DNA of 64,000 nt from contig JADLHZ010000104.1 in the NCBI GenBank assembly GCA_020848545.1, positions 72,306-136,305 on the forward strand. Reading direction: 5' to 3'. Every line of letters starts with the position of its first letter. Position 1 is the first letter of the stretch. The DNA comes from Deltaproteobacteria bacterium (lineage in GTDB: Bacteria; Myxococcota; JADLHZ01). Positions 10,256 through 20,303 of the stretch are shown here, one piece after another. The position numbers and the translations under genes were made by a program. Below the pieces are notes generated by a model, which searched no databases, was not told where the DNA came from, and was given only the letters and a program-made list of their open reading frames with translations.

Positions 10256-10624
10256 ATGGCAGAGCCGCAGCAACAAAAGACACCCTCGATCCTCGACGTC
10301 GTTCGCGAGGGCTTCACCCAGACCCTCGGCAAGATCGCGATCACTCGGGAAGCAGCCGAGGGCGCTGTGTCGCGCACCGTCAACCGCTTGGTCGAGCTCG
10401 GCAAGCTCACCCAAGACGAAGCGCGCAACTTCACCAACGAGTTGAAGGGCCTGATCGACAAGAACCGCACCGAGCTCGAGAAGCGCATCGACGACAGCGT
10501 GTCGAACGCGATGAGCGCGGTGCGTTTTCCGAAGCGTGAGGAGCTCGAAACGCTCAGGGAACGCGTGGTCCAGCTCGAAAGGTTGATCGACGAGCTGGTC
10601 GCGCAAAAGGCGGCACGGCACTGA
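10256..10624 (+). CDS. Phasin-family (PHA granule-associated) protein, second copy
   Basis: 122 aa helical protein with the same C-terminal pattern (REELETLRERVVQLERLIDEL); adjacent to the first phasin-like gene. Confidence 0.6.
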   Translation: MAEPQQQKTPSILDVVREGFTQTLGKIAITREAAEGAVSRTVNRLVELGKLTQDEARNFTNELKGLIDKNRTELEKRIDDSVSNAMSAVRFPKREELETLRERVVQLERLIDELVAQKAARH

Positions 10625-10894
10625 GCCCGTCCTAGCGGGCGCCGGTCGCGCGGATGACAAAACATGGTGGACCGAACGCGACCGAGAGAGGCGAGGCGCC
10701 GACGTGTATCCTCGGCCAGGCACGAGCCCGGGCAGCAGCTCTCGCTGCCCCTCGGGATCTCGGCTCGTCACGGTCGCGCCCCGCGCCTGCGCCACACGGG
10801 TGAGTCGCGCTTCGTTCAGCGGCCGACCGCCGAGCGCTTCGCCGCGGCGCTGCTGACCCAGCACGATCCGGCGAAGGCCGCTTCGAAGCGCGCG

Positions 10895-11638
10895 ATGAAG
10901 GCGCTGCTCTTGGCGGTGGCGCTCGCGCTGGTCGCCACGTCGACGCTCGTGTGGAGCTCAGTCACGTGGAACGACGCGCCGGTGCGCGAAGGCATGCTCG
11001 GCGCGATCGATGCGGCGTTGACCCGCGCGATCGATCGCCTCGTCGCCGGCCGCTGGCGCCCCGCGCCGGCATCGTTTCGTGACTTCGCCGATCAAACGCT
11101 GGCGCCGACGTTGACGGCGCCCCGTTTCTCGCTCGACACGCGCGGCGCGGTGCGATCGATCTTCGCCGAGCGCTCGAAGCTCGAGCTGAAGGACGCCGTG
11201 CGCGTGGCCGATGCCCTCGTCGACGAAGCGCAGGCGGTGGGCATCGATCCGCTCTTGCTCGTCGCGGTGATCGACGTCGAGAGCAAGTTCGATCATCAGG
11301 CGACCTCGCTGCGCGGCGCGCGCGGCCTCATGCAGCTCATGCCCGAAACGCGCGCGTGGATGATCGATCGCACGCCCGAGCTGTGGAGCGAGACCGGCAA
11401 AGACGACGCGCTCTCGCCGGAGTCGAACGTCCGCGTCGGCGTGCGCTACTTCGCGCATCTGAAGAAGGGCTTTCGCCGCTTGGACCACCTGCTGCAAGCG
11501 TACAACTGCGGTCCCGGGCGGCTCGTCGAGATCTTGAGCGGCAAGGCGGTGTTGCCGGAAGAGACGAAGTTCTATGCCGAGCGCGTGCAACGGATCTACT
11601 CGCGTTTGCGCCGCGACTTCGTGTACGCAAAGACGTGA
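10895..11638 (+). CDS. Lytic transglycosylase (SLT domain), secreted
   Basis: Signal peptide MKALLLAVALALVATS; SLT motifs LMQLMPETR and AYNCGPGR; start moved to an internal ATG because the upstream ORF extension is Arg-rich. Confidence 0.75.
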   Translation: MKALLLAVALALVATSTLVWSSVTWNDAPVREGMLGAIDAALTRAIDRLVAGRWRPAPASFRDFADQTLAPTLTAPRFSLDTRGAVRSIFAERSKLELKDAVRVADALVDEAQAVGIDPLLLVAVIDVESKFDHQATSLRGARGLMQLMPETRAWMIDRTPELWSETGKDDALSPESNVRVGVRYFAHLKKGFRRLDHLLQAYNCGPGRLVEILSGKAVLPEETKFYAERVQRIYSRLRRDFVYAKT

Positions 11639-12777
11639 TCGCGCTCGTCTTCGTCTTCTTGCAAGCGGCGCCGGCCTTTGTCCGCGTGCATGCCGCTGAA
11701 CCTGTGACATCGTACGCGAACGTGCCGGGGCTCGCGCTCTTGGCTGCGGCGCCGACGCGCGCGTTCTTCCGTCCGCTCGTGACGGCGCTCGAGGCCGCGC
11801 GCGTCCCTGGTCCGTTGCCGAAGGCGCTCGGCTGCAACCGCGACGCCGTCCTCTCCGTCGACTTCGACGTGGCTGGCTGGCTCACGGAGATGGCGCAGCA
11901 TCCGGACGGCCATGAACGTGCGATTCGGGTGCTCAGCGCGCTCGGCGTGTCCGACGCGCAGCGCTTCGTCGCCTGCGTGGTGCCGACGAAGAAGGGCGTC
12001 GACCTCCGCGGCCGGCTCGTGCTCGCGCGTTGGAGCGGCATGCTCGCAAGCGTCGGCGCCCCGGAGCTCACGAAGCTGCGTTTTGCCAAGGACGCCTACT
12101 GGTCCGCATCGGCATCGCTCGCGTGGCCCGACGCGTTTCGCGCGGTGAAGCAGATCGACAAAGCGTGGGCGAATACTCGCGGCTCGCGCTTGGACGCTGC
12201 GATCGCCGCGTCGTCGACCCTGCTCGACGTCGACTTCGAGCGCGCGTTCGTGGCGCCGCTCACCGGCCGCTTCGACGTGGCGCTCGTCTACCGCGCGGCG
12301 ACCAAAGAAGCGGCGATGGTCGCGGTTGCCGACGCGAAGAGCACCGCCGACGCTGCGCGCGTGCTCGCGGTCACCGAAGAGACGATGCCGCGCGCGAGCT
12401 TCGATCGCACTCGGCAGAAGAACGAGTGGGGCTTCGTCGCCGGCGTCGAGCCCTTGTTCGTCCGCTTGGGCGCGACCGAGATGCGCGCGGCGAACGCAGC
12501 GTTTGCGCTGGCGCTCGCGCCCGACAACCTGGCGGCGACCGACGGCGCGGCGTCGGTGCTCGGCTTCGTCGACGTCGGCCGCTACCGCCGCTTGTACGAG
12601 CGCGTCGGGCGCATCGAGGATACGACGGCGCTCGTGCGAGAGCTTCATCTCGCCGGGGCGGTCGACATGCAAAAGACGCCTCACCCCAAAGCGCTCTTCG
12701 TTGGGGTCGAGAAGTGTGAAGCGGCGTTGAAGCGCGGCGAAAGCGAGCTTTCGTTCACCTTGCGGTGCGTGCGCTAG
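11635..12777 (+). CDS. Hypothetical protein
   Basis: Protein-like composition, unlike the Arg-rich opposite-strand ORF; putative GTG start overlapping the upstream stop; no motif recognised. Confidence 0.4.
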   Translation: MIALVFVFLQAAPAFVRVHAAEPVTSYANVPGLALLAAAPTRAFFRPLVTALEAARVPGPLPKALGCNRDAVLSVDFDVAGWLTEMAQHPDGHERAIRVLSALGVSDAQRFVACVVPTKKGVDLRGRLVLARWSGMLASVGAPELTKLRFAKDAYWSASASLAWPDAFRAVKQIDKAWANTRGSRLDAAIAASSTLLDVDFERAFVAPLTGRFDVALVYRAATKEAAMVAVADAKSTADAARVLAVTEETMPRASFDRTRQKNEWGFVAGVEPLFVRLGATEMRAANAAFALALAPDNLAATDGAASVLGFVDVGRYRRLYERVGRIEDTTALVRELHLAGAVDMQKTPHPKALFVGVEKCEAALKRGESELSFTLRCVR

Positions 12778-15740
12778 GCCGTCTCGGGCGCGAACCCACG
12801 GCGCATCGTGTTCTCGGTGACGACGCGCGGCTCGACGAACTGCAAGAGGTAATCGGGCCCGCCGGCCTTGCTGCCGATGCCGCTGAGCTTGAAGCCGCCG
12901 AACGGCTGCCGGCCGACGATGGCGCCGGTCGTGCCGCGGTTCAAGTACAGATTGCCGACGCGAAACTCTGTGCGCGCGCGCTTCAGGTTGTCGGGGCTGC
13001 GCGAGAACACGCCGCCGGTCAGCGCGTACTTCGTGCCGTTGGCGATCTGCAGCGCCTCGTCGAAGTCTTTCGCCTTGATCACGGCCAAGACGGGGCCGAA
13101 GAGCTCTTCTTGCGCCAGCTTGTCCTGCGGATCCACGCCGGTGAAGATCGTCGGCGGGACGTAGTAGCCTTCAGCGTCGCTCGGATCCTTGCCGATGACC
13201 CGCGGGTAGCGGGCGGCGCCGTCTTTGATCGCGCCGGCGAGCCGCGCGAACGCTTCGCGATCGACGACAGGACCGAGGCTCGACGGCGGCGCCTCCGGCC
13301 GGCCGAGGACCAGGGTCTCGGTCGCGCTGACGAGCCGCTCCACGAGCTCGTCGTGGCGATCTTGCAGCACGATCACGCGCGAGCACGCCGAGCACTTTTG
13401 GCCGGCGAAGCCGAACGCCGAGTGCACGACGCCGAGCACGGCCTCGTCGAGATCGGCGTCGCTGTCGACGATGATCGCGTTCTTGCCGCCGAGCTCCAAG
13501 ATCACTTTGCGAATGTGATCCTGTCCGCCCGACAGCACTGAGCTCTCGCGCAAAATGTGCATGCCGACTTCGCGTGAGCCGGTGAACGCCACGAGCGCGA
13601 CGTCCGGCGACGCGACGAGCTCGGCGCCGACTTCTTCGCCGCGACCGGGCAAGAACTGCAGCGCGCCTTCCGGGACGCCGGCTTGGCGCAAGATCCGATA
13701 GACGCGCAGCGCGATCGCGCTCGCTTGCTCCGCCGGCTTCATGACGACGGTGTTGCCGGTGACGAGCGCCGCGGTCACCATGCCGGTCAAAATCGCGCAC
13801 GGAAAGTTCCACGGCGCCACGACGGCTGCCACGCCGCGTGCTTCGTAGGTGAGCCTGTTGTCTTCGCCGGGGACGTCGCCTTGCTTGCTACCAGCGAAGA
13901 GGCGCACCGCCTCCCGCGCGTAGTATTCGCAAAAATCGATCGCTTCGATGACGTCGCCGTCGGCTTCGCGCGCGGTCTTGCCGACTTCGTAGACCATGAG
14001 CGCCGAAAGCTCGTGCCGCTCTTCGCGCATGATCCGCGCCGCGGCGAGCAAGATGTTCGCGCGCTCTTCGACGCTGCGATCGCGCCAGGCAGGAAACGCG
14101 CGCTTGCACGAGGCGATCGCCTGTTGCGCCTGCGCCTTCGTCGCGTAGCCGACCTCCGCGACGACATCGTTCAGCGCCGCCGGGTTCTCGCGCTTCTCGA
14201 TCGCCGCCGGCGATTGCTCCTTGCCGTCGATCACCGGCGCGACGCGCATCGGCAGCGAAGCCTTCACCGTGTGCAGCGCTTTGCTGAAGCGCTCGCGCGT
14301 ATCACGATCGGCGAAGTCGAGCGGGGGATCGTTCGCGAAGGGCTCACCCAACGTCCGCGCGCGCGGCTTCTCCTGCTTCGGCGGCGCGTAGGGTTGCGGC
14401 TCCTGCAGGAGTTGATCGAGTGTCTTCGCCTCGACGAAGCGTTGCCGTAAGAAGCCCTCGTTCGACGTGTTTTCGAGCAAACGCCGCACGAGATACGCCA
14501 TGCCCGGAAGCAACGCGCCGACCGGCGCATACACGCGCACCCGCTCGCCGAGCGCCACGAGCGCGCGGCGGATCGGCTCTGCCATGCCGTAGAGCATCTG
14601 CACTTCGTACGCGCGCTCGGGCAGCTTGTGGCGCTTGGCATACGCGATCGCGTGCGACACCGAGCGCAAGTTGTGCGAGCCGACCGCGAGGCGCACGTGC
14701 GGATAATTGTCGAGCAAGAGCTCCGCGATCTTCTCGTAGCTCGCGTCGGTCTCGTGCTTCTTCTCGAACACCGGCACGCGCCAGCCCTTTTGCGCGGCCT
14801 GCACCGTCTCGTAGTCCCAGTATGCGCCCTTCACCAGGCGAATCGTGAACGGCTGCTTCGTCTTCTTCGCGAGCTTCACCAGGCTCTCGGCGTCTTCGTA
14901 TGCGTCCTTCAAGTACGCTTGCACGACGACGCCGAGGTGAGGCCATCCTTCGAGCTCCGGCAGCGCGCGCAGGCGGCGGAACACCTCGAAGGTCAGTTCC
15001 TTCAGCGCGTACTGCTCGAGATCCAAGTTGATGAACACGCCGGCCTGGCGCGCGCGCACGAGCAGCGGCTTCACGCGCTCGACCAACGCCTGCACGGAAG
15101 CTTCGAAGGCGAGGGGATCGATCGCGGAATAGAACGAGCTGAGCTTGATGCTGACGTTGACCTTGGGAATGTCGCCGAGGGCGTCCTTGTCGAGCACGTT
15201 GTTCGTGCTCCAAGACTTCGCCGCTTCGCTCACTCGATCGATCGCGTCGATGTAGCGCTTGATGTACACCTGGCTCTCACGCTCGCTGACCGCCGCCTCG
15301 CCGAGCAGATCGAGCGTGAAGCCCACGTTTTCTTTGCGCAGCTCTTCGAAGACGGCGATCGCCTGATCGTAGCTCTCGCCGACGATGAACTTCTTCGCCA
15401 TGTCGGTGATCTGCGCGTTGATCTGGCCGCCGCCGAGCTTCTGGCCGATGCCGGTGCCGAGCGTCTTGATCGACAGCGCGATCGGCGCGGGCAGATCCAG
15501 TCCCTCGCGCAGAAAGTACTCGCGCAGGTGCTGCGCCACTTGCTCCGGTGTCTTCAGCACGCTGAACACGTCGACGAAGCGGAAGAGCTCGACCTTGAAC
15601 GCCGGGTCCTTCATCGAGAACTCGAGCATGCGCCCGGTCCAAAAGTCCTTGTTGAAGACGCCCGGGCTCTCTTTCTTGCTGAGCTCGGTGAGGCGCTCGG
15701 CGATCTCGCGAATGCTCTTTTCGACTGCTTTGTCCGCCAT
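12774..15740 (-). CDS. putA: Bifunctional proline dehydrogenase / L-glutamate-gamma-semialdehyde (P5C) dehydrogenase
   Basis: 988 aa; N-terminal proline dehydrogenase barrel and C-terminal aldehyde dehydrogenase domain (ELGGKNA, catalytic Cys in FGFAGQKCSACSR); ATG start. Confidence 0.9.
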   Translation of the reverse strand: MADKAVEKSIREIAERLTELSKKESPGVFNKDFWTGRMLEFSMKDPAFKVELFRFVDVFSVLKTPEQVAQHLREYFLREGLDLPAPIALSIKTLGTGIGQKLGGGQINAQITDMAKKFIVGESYDQAIAVFEELRKENVGFTLDLLGEAAVSERESQVYIKRYIDAIDRVSEAAKSWSTNNVLDKDALGDIPKVNVSIKLSSFYSAIDPLAFEASVQALVERVKPLLVRARQAGVFINLDLEQYALKELTFEVFRRLRALPELEGWPHLGVVVQAYLKDAYEDAESLVKLAKKTKQPFTIRLVKGAYWDYETVQAAQKGWRVPVFEKKHETDASYEKIAELLLDNYPHVRLAVGSHNLRSVSHAIAYAKRHKLPERAYEVQMLYGMAEPIRRALVALGERVRVYAPVGALLPGMAYLVRRLLENTSNEGFLRQRFVEAKTLDQLLQEPQPYAPPKQEKPRARTLGEPFANDPPLDFADRDTRERFSKALHTVKASLPMRVAPVIDGKEQSPAAIEKRENPAALNDVVAEVGYATKAQAQQAIASCKRAFPAWRDRSVEERANILLAAARIMREERHELSALMVYEVGKTAREADGDVIEAIDFCEYYAREAVRLFAGSKQGDVPGEDNRLTYEARGVAAVVAPWNFPCAILTGMVTAALVTGNTVVMKPAEQASAIALRVYRILRQAGVPEGALQFLPGRGEEVGAELVASPDVALVAFTGSREVGMHILRESSVLSGGQDHIRKVILELGGKNAIIVDSDADLDEAVLGVVHSAFGFAGQKCSACSRVIVLQDRHDELVERLVSATETLVLGRPEAPPSSLGPVVDREAFARLAGAIKDGAARYPRVIGKDPSDAEGYYVPPTIFTGVDPQDKLAQEELFGPVLAVIKAKDFDEALQIANGTKYALTGGVFSRSPDNLKRARTEFRVGNLYLNRGTTGAIVGRQPFGGFKLSGIGSKAGGPDYLLQFVEPRVVTENTMRRGFAPETA

Positions 15741-15893
15741 GAGAGCGGCGCCCTAGCACTCGGAACGCGCGCCGAGCAATGGCAGTGTTTTAGCGGAAGT
15801 TACGTATAACTATCAAAGAGATGCTCGCTTTCTTCATCGTCGCAACACGTTCACGCACCGCGCCGATATCGCCTTCACGAAGGTGAGGAGCGC

Positions 15894-16586
15894 ATGGGTA
15901 TCCGTGAGTTTTTCGGAATGAAGCCGGCGGCGGCAGTCGTTGCCAAAGACACGGCGCCGGCGAAGCCCGCGGCGCTCGACATGACGCAGCTGAAGACGGT
16001 GAACTTCAAGCTCGACCTCACCTTGGCCGCCATCCCCGGCGCGCAGAAGCTGCTCGACAAGTGCCACGCGCTCGGCGGCGTCTCGCAAGGACCGAAGCCC
16101 GGCGAGGCGACGACCAAGGTGAGCTGGAACATCTGGACCCATTCGGCAAAGACCAACGAGCACTACGGTCACGGCCTCACCGACAAGCAGATCGCCGAAG
16201 GAGACATCATCGTCGTCGTGCAGGAGGACCCGAAGGGGCCGGCGCTGCCGCTCGGTGATCCGCGCGAGGTCCGCGGAACCGTGGTGGCGATGCATCGTCT
16301 CTGCGATATGTCGCACCAGTACAGCGCGTGCGCCGACGGGGGCCATTGGGGCAACATGAAGGTGCAAGCGTTCGGCAAGGCGGGCGAGAAGGCGACGCTC
16401 TCATGGCGGATCATCAACGTCGCCGACGACGGCCGCGTGCGTGGCGGCGGCTTTCCTCCGCCGCGGCCGGCGAACCACAAGGACGGCAGCGGCGCAGGCA
16501 CGGCCGGCGGCGAGTACGCTGGGCGCAAGTGGGAAGTGACGATCGGGCAAGACGCGTCTGTTCCCATCATCGAAGACGAGCACTAA
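15894..16586 (+). CDS. Hypothetical protein
   Basis: ATG preceded by GGTGAGGAG RBS; 230 aa; convergent with the fli-like operon; no motif recognised. Confidence 0.5.
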   Translation: MGIREFFGMKPAAAVVAKDTAPAKPAALDMTQLKTVNFKLDLTLAAIPGAQKLLDKCHALGGVSQGPKPGEATTKVSWNIWTHSAKTNEHYGHGLTDKQIAEGDIIVVVQEDPKGPALPLGDPREVRGTVVAMHRLCDMSHQYSACADGGHWGNMKVQAFGKAGEKATLSWRIINVADDGRVRGGGFPPPRPANHKDGSGAGTAGGEYAGRKWEVTIGQDASVPIIEDEH

Positions 16587-16687
16587 AAATCGCGATACGG
16601 GCCCGTCTGCTTCGTTGCTCGGTCGCGCCTCGCATACGAACCCGTCTCACGGCCACTTGCACGGCCACTGGGCGCAGCGACGAGGGC

Positions 16688-17617
16688 TCACGCCTCGCCG
16701 CGGACTTTGACCTCGAACGACTCGAGCTTCATGCCTTTCTTCTCGAACATGCGCATGAACAAACCCTTCGACGAGTCGAGCAGGTTCTTCGCGTTTTTGT
16801 CCTTCATCGTGAAGGCGATCTTCAGCTTCTTGTCCTTGTCGATCGTCACGCGCAAAGAACCGCCGCCGAGCGCGTCGTCCTTCAGCTGGATCTGAAACTC
16901 GTTCATGCCTTGGGTCGACATGACGGCGACCTGATCGACCAGCTTCTGCATCACCGGCTGCGGGATACGCTCGCCGGCCGCCGCTCTCATCGTCTTGCCG
17001 ATCGCCACCTTGCCGGCGTTCTGGGCGTTGTCCGTCTTCGTCGACGAGCCTGCACCGCCGGCCTTCGCCGCGCCGCCGAGGCCGCCGACGGTCTTCTCGT
17101 CGTCGCGCTTGTCTTGTTGCTGGCCCTGCTGCCCCGACTGCTGCTGGCCGGGCTGCTGCTGGCTCTGCCCTTGACCCTGCTGATCCTTCTGCTTGTCGTC
17201 GTCCTTCTGCACCGGCGCATCGAAGCGTTGCTCCGCCTGCGTCTGTTGAATCGCGTCTTCCTTCGACTCGACCGAGTCCATCTCCCGCTTCTCGGAGTCG
17301 GTGCTGAGGTCCTTCTCGCGCGACGTCGTCGTGTCCCTGTCGGTTTTCGTGTCGTCGTCGCGGTTCTTCACCAAGCGCTCGGCCTGCGTGCGGCCGGCGA
17401 TGCCTTGGCGTGACATCAGCAAGTTCTGGTTGAAGCTCTTTTGCTGCTGCTGGTTCTTCGTCTGCGCTTCGTTCTTTTGCGTCTGGGTGTTCTTCGACGC
17501 GAAGGTCGCCTTGAACTTGACCGCCGCCGCTTCTTTTTCCTTCTCGGTCTTCTGATTCTGGAGCTTCTTCTGGTCGATGACCTCTTGGGTCCGCCGCTCC
17601 TCGACTCTGTCGCTCAT
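16688..17617 (-). CDS. FliK/SctP-like hook or needle length-control protein
   Basis: Internal ATG overlapping the upstream stop (ATGA); Gln/Lys-rich low-complexity region then a Flg_hook-like C-terminal domain (EFQIQLKDDALGGGSLRVTIDKD...); sits after the FliJ-like gene. Confidence 0.6.
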   Translation of the reverse strand: MSDRVEERRTQEVIDQKKLQNQKTEKEKEAAAVKFKATFASKNTQTQKNEAQTKNQQQQKSFNQNLLMSRQGIAGRTQAERLVKNRDDDTKTDRDTTTSREKDLSTDSEKREMDSVESKEDAIQQTQAEQRFDAPVQKDDDKQKDQQGQGQSQQQPGQQQSGQQGQQQDKRDDEKTVGGLGGAAKAGGAGSSTKTDNAQNAGKVAIGKTMRAAAGERIPQPVMQKLVDQVAVMSTQGMNEFQIQLKDDALGGGSLRVTIDKDKKLKIAFTMKDKNAKNLLDSSKGLFMRMFEKKGMKLESFEVKVRGEA

Positions 17618-18114
17618 TGGCCGCTCCGATTTCTCTCGAAGATCGTCTGCGCCAGATCGTCGAGTTGGTCCTCTTCTTTCAGCTGCATCTCGCGCTTCAC
17701 TTCGGCGATCCACTTCTCGTAGTGCTTCTCGAGCGCCTTGACGTCCTGCGTCGCTTGCACCATCGCGTCCATCGCCGCCTTCTCCGCTTCCTTCTTCTCC
17801 TCGATCACGACCTTCTGCTGCTCGATGCGCTCTTTCTGCAGCTCTTCTTCTTCCTTCAGTCGCTCGATGAACGTGTTGGCCGACATCGCGAGCTGCGCGT
17901 TGTGCTCTCCGCGCATTTGCTTGTCCGCGTATTCGCGCCGCTTCAGCTCGCGCCGCTCGATCATGCGGCGCAGCTCCTCTTCCATTTCCTTGAGCTTGAG
18001 CTCCTCTGCCTCGCGCGCTTTCTTGGCCTCGGACCACGCCTTTTCCGCTTCTTCCTTCTTACGCTCTTTGATCTCCTTGAGCGTTTTGAGCGGATAGTCC
18101 GGCAGCTTCGCCAT
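17614..18114 (-). CDS. FliJ/SctO-like export stalk protein
   Basis: 166 aa highly charged coiled coil immediately downstream of the ATPase, the conserved FliJ/SctO position. Confidence 0.65.
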   Translation of the reverse strand: MAKLPDYPLKTLKEIKERKKEEAEKAWSEAKKAREAEELKLKEMEEELRRMIERRELKRREYADKQMRGEHNAQLAMSANTFIERLKEEEELQKERIEQQKVVIEEKKEAEKAAMDAMVQATQDVKALEKHYEKWIAEVKREMQLKEEDQLDDLAQTIFERNRSGQ

Positions 18115-18182
18115 GAGGCAATGCTACATCGTTCTACACGACCCGCGCTACCTTTGGCTGTCTCTAAAATCTATTGAATCGA

Positions 18183-19592
18183 TTAAGATTCAGCGGCGTC
18201 GGCGAACATCTCGACCATGCGGGCCACGGTCTCGTCGAAGCTTTGGTTGTCGTGCGTCGACTGCTTCAAAAAAGTCTCGACGGCTTCGATCTTGTCGATC
18301 GCGTAGTCGGTCTTCGGATCGGTGCCGTACTGGTACGCACCGAGGATGATGAGGTCGCGCTGCTTCTCGTAGGTCGCGAGCACTTCGCGCAGCTTGCCGG
18401 CCGCCTTCTTGTGCTCGGGCGAGACGATGCCGCTCATGACACGGGAGAGCGAGGGCAGGATGTCGATCGCGGGCCAGTGGTTTCGCGCGCCGAGCGCACG
18501 GTTCAGGATGATGTGGCCGTCCAAAATACCGCGGACTTCGTCGGCGATGGGCTCTTCCATGTCGCCGCCCTGCACGAGGATCGTATAGAGCGCGGTGATC
18601 GAGCCGGTCTCGTTGTTGCCGGTGCGCTCCATCAAGCGCGGAATGTAGGCGAAGACGCTCGGCGGATAGCCTTGGCGGGCAGGGGGCTCGCCGATCGCGA
18701 GGCCGATCTCACGCTGCGCACGGGCGAAGCGCGTCGAGCTGTCCATCATGAACAAGACGTCTTTGCCTTGATCGCGGAACCACTCGGCGATCGCCGTCGC
18801 CACGAAGCACGACTTCTGGCGCACGAGCGAGGGCGTGTTCGAGGTGGCGCAGACGACGACGGTCTTCGCGCGGCCTTCTTCGCCGAGCGAGTCCTCGATG
18901 AACTCGACGACTTCGCGACCGCGCTCGCCGACCAGGCAGGTGACGACGACTTCGGCCGAGCAATTGCGCGCGATCTGCCCCATCAACGTCGACTTACCGA
19001 CGCCCGAGCCGGCGAAGAGACCGATACGCTGGCCGCGGCCGATCGTGAGCAACGCATCCAACGCGCGCACGCCCATGGCGATCGGGCGATCGACGCGCAT
19101 GCGCTTCATCGGATCCGGCGCGTCGCGCATCACCGCCCAGTCGATGAGCCCTTCGATCTGATCGAGTGGGGGACCCCCATCACACGGCTCGCCGAGGCCG
19201 TTCAAAACGCGGCCGAGCAAGCCCCAGCCCGCTTTGATGTTGAACGGCTTGCCCGTGGGGATGACCTCGGAGTCAGGCCCGATGCCAGACGCTTCGCCGA
19301 GCGGCATCAACATGACCGCCTCGTCTTTGAAGCCGACGACCTCGCACTTCAGCATGCCGCTCTCGGTCGACACGAAGCAGAGCTCGCCGGTCTTGACGCC
19401 AGGCACGGCAGCTTTGATGACGAGGCCCGTGACCTCGGTGACGCGGCCGCGCACGCTCGTCGTCGGCGTCTCGTCGAGCAGCGCCATGAAGCGATCGAGG
19501 TCGATGGGCTTGCTGCCGCTCGAGAAGTCCGCTTCGGCGTCGCCGCTGTCGATGCTGCCGATGCCGTCCAACTGGTCGTCCGTGGCTGCCAT
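18183..19592 (-). CDS. Type III secretion / flagellar export ATPase (FliI/SctN family)
   Basis: Walker A GSGVGKST, Walker B LFMMDSSTR, F1-type ATPase fold; 469 aa. Flagellar versus injectisome clade cannot be decided by eye. Confidence 0.9.
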   Translation of the reverse strand: MAATDDQLDGIGSIDSGDAEADFSSGSKPIDLDRFMALLDETPTTSVRGRVTEVTGLVIKAAVPGVKTGELCFVSTESGMLKCEVVGFKDEAVMLMPLGEASGIGPDSEVIPTGKPFNIKAGWGLLGRVLNGLGEPCDGGPPLDQIEGLIDWAVMRDAPDPMKRMRVDRPIAMGVRALDALLTIGRGQRIGLFAGSGVGKSTLMGQIARNCSAEVVVTCLVGERGREVVEFIEDSLGEEGRAKTVVVCATSNTPSLVRQKSCFVATAIAEWFRDQGKDVLFMMDSSTRFARAQREIGLAIGEPPARQGYPPSVFAYIPRLMERTGNNETGSITALYTILVQGGDMEEPIADEVRGILDGHIILNRALGARNHWPAIDILPSLSRVMSGIVSPEHKKAAGKLREVLATYEKQRDLIILGAYQYGTDPKTDYAIDKIEAVETFLKQSTHDNQSFDETVARMVEMFADAAES

Positions 19593-19595
19593 CGT

Positions 19596-20303
19596 CTAGA
19601 TCAGCTTCTTTCCCATGAGGACTTTTTCGATGACCGCCATCTGCGTCTCGATGCGCGCGTCGATGGTACCCGCTTCCGTCTCGATGACCATGGAGCCGGC
19701 GGTGAGCGCGTCGTCGGAGCGGATCTCGATCTCCTTGGCGCGCCCGAGCTGATCGATGAGCTCGCGCTTGGCCTCGCGCAGGTGCTCGAGGTCGGTCGGG
19801 CACACGCGCAAGTACACCTCGCGGCGCTGGCGAATCGACTGCAGGTGCTTCTTCGCCATGTCGACGATCGCTTCCGGGTTGAACTCGAGCTCCTTGCCGA
19901 TGATCTTCTTGGCGATCGCCAGCGAGAGCTGACGAATCTGGCCGGCGACTTCGTTCTCTTTCGCCTCCATTTTGACGGAGTGCGTGGCGATGATCTCGGT
20001 GTACTTCGACGCGGCTTCGTCGGCGCCCTCTTTGAAGCCTTGGTCATGCGCGGTGGCCTTCATTTGATCGGCTTCCGCTTGCGCCGCGGTCGTGATCGCC
20101 TGCGCCTTCGCCTCGGCCTCGGCGACGATCTGCTGCGCCTTCGCCTGCGCGTCGGCGACGATCTTGCGCGCGTCGCTCTGCGCGTCGAACTCTTCCTTGC
20201 TGACGATGGCCGCTTTCTTGCGCGGCATGTCGGAAAAGCTCCCCTCGTCGAGCGACGCCGCGTCGCCACCGCCGCCCGTGCCTTTGATGATCTTGCCTGC
20301 CAT
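19596..20303 (-). CDS. FliH/SctL-like ATPase regulator
   Basis: 235 aa from an internal ATG; Ala/Gln/Glu-rich coiled coil (AQAKAQQIVAEAEAKAQAIT) followed by a small globular C-terminal domain; directly upstream of the ATPase. Confidence 0.7.
   Translation of the reverse strand: MAGKIIKGTGGGGDAASLDEGSFSDMPRKKAAIVSKEEFDAQSDARKIVADAQAKAQQIVAEAEAKAQAITTAAQAEADQMKATAHDQGFKEGADEAASKYTEIIATHSVKMEAKENEVAGQIRQLSLAIAKKIIGKELEFNPEAIVDMAKKHLQSIRQRREVYLRVCPTDLEHLREAKRELIDQLGRAKEIEIRSDDALTAGSMVIETEAGTIDARIETQMAVIEKVLMGKKLI

Noticed and set aside
11596-12684. 362 aa minus-strand ORF antisense to the hypothetical gene at 11635..12777
   Set aside because: Arg-rich junk-like translation; the plus-strand frame has a more protein-like composition, though that call is itself low confidence.
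16688-18037. Upstream 140-codon extension of the FliK-like ORF, and similar N-terminal extensions of the FliH-like (to 21074), pfk (to 39813), lipoprotein (to 51604), hybrid kinase (from 61532) and lytic transglycosylase (from 10664) ORFs
   Set aside because: Extensions are Arg/Gly-rich, overlap upstream genes, and recognisable signal peptides or ATG-plus-RBS starts lie internally; treated as ORF-finder artefacts.
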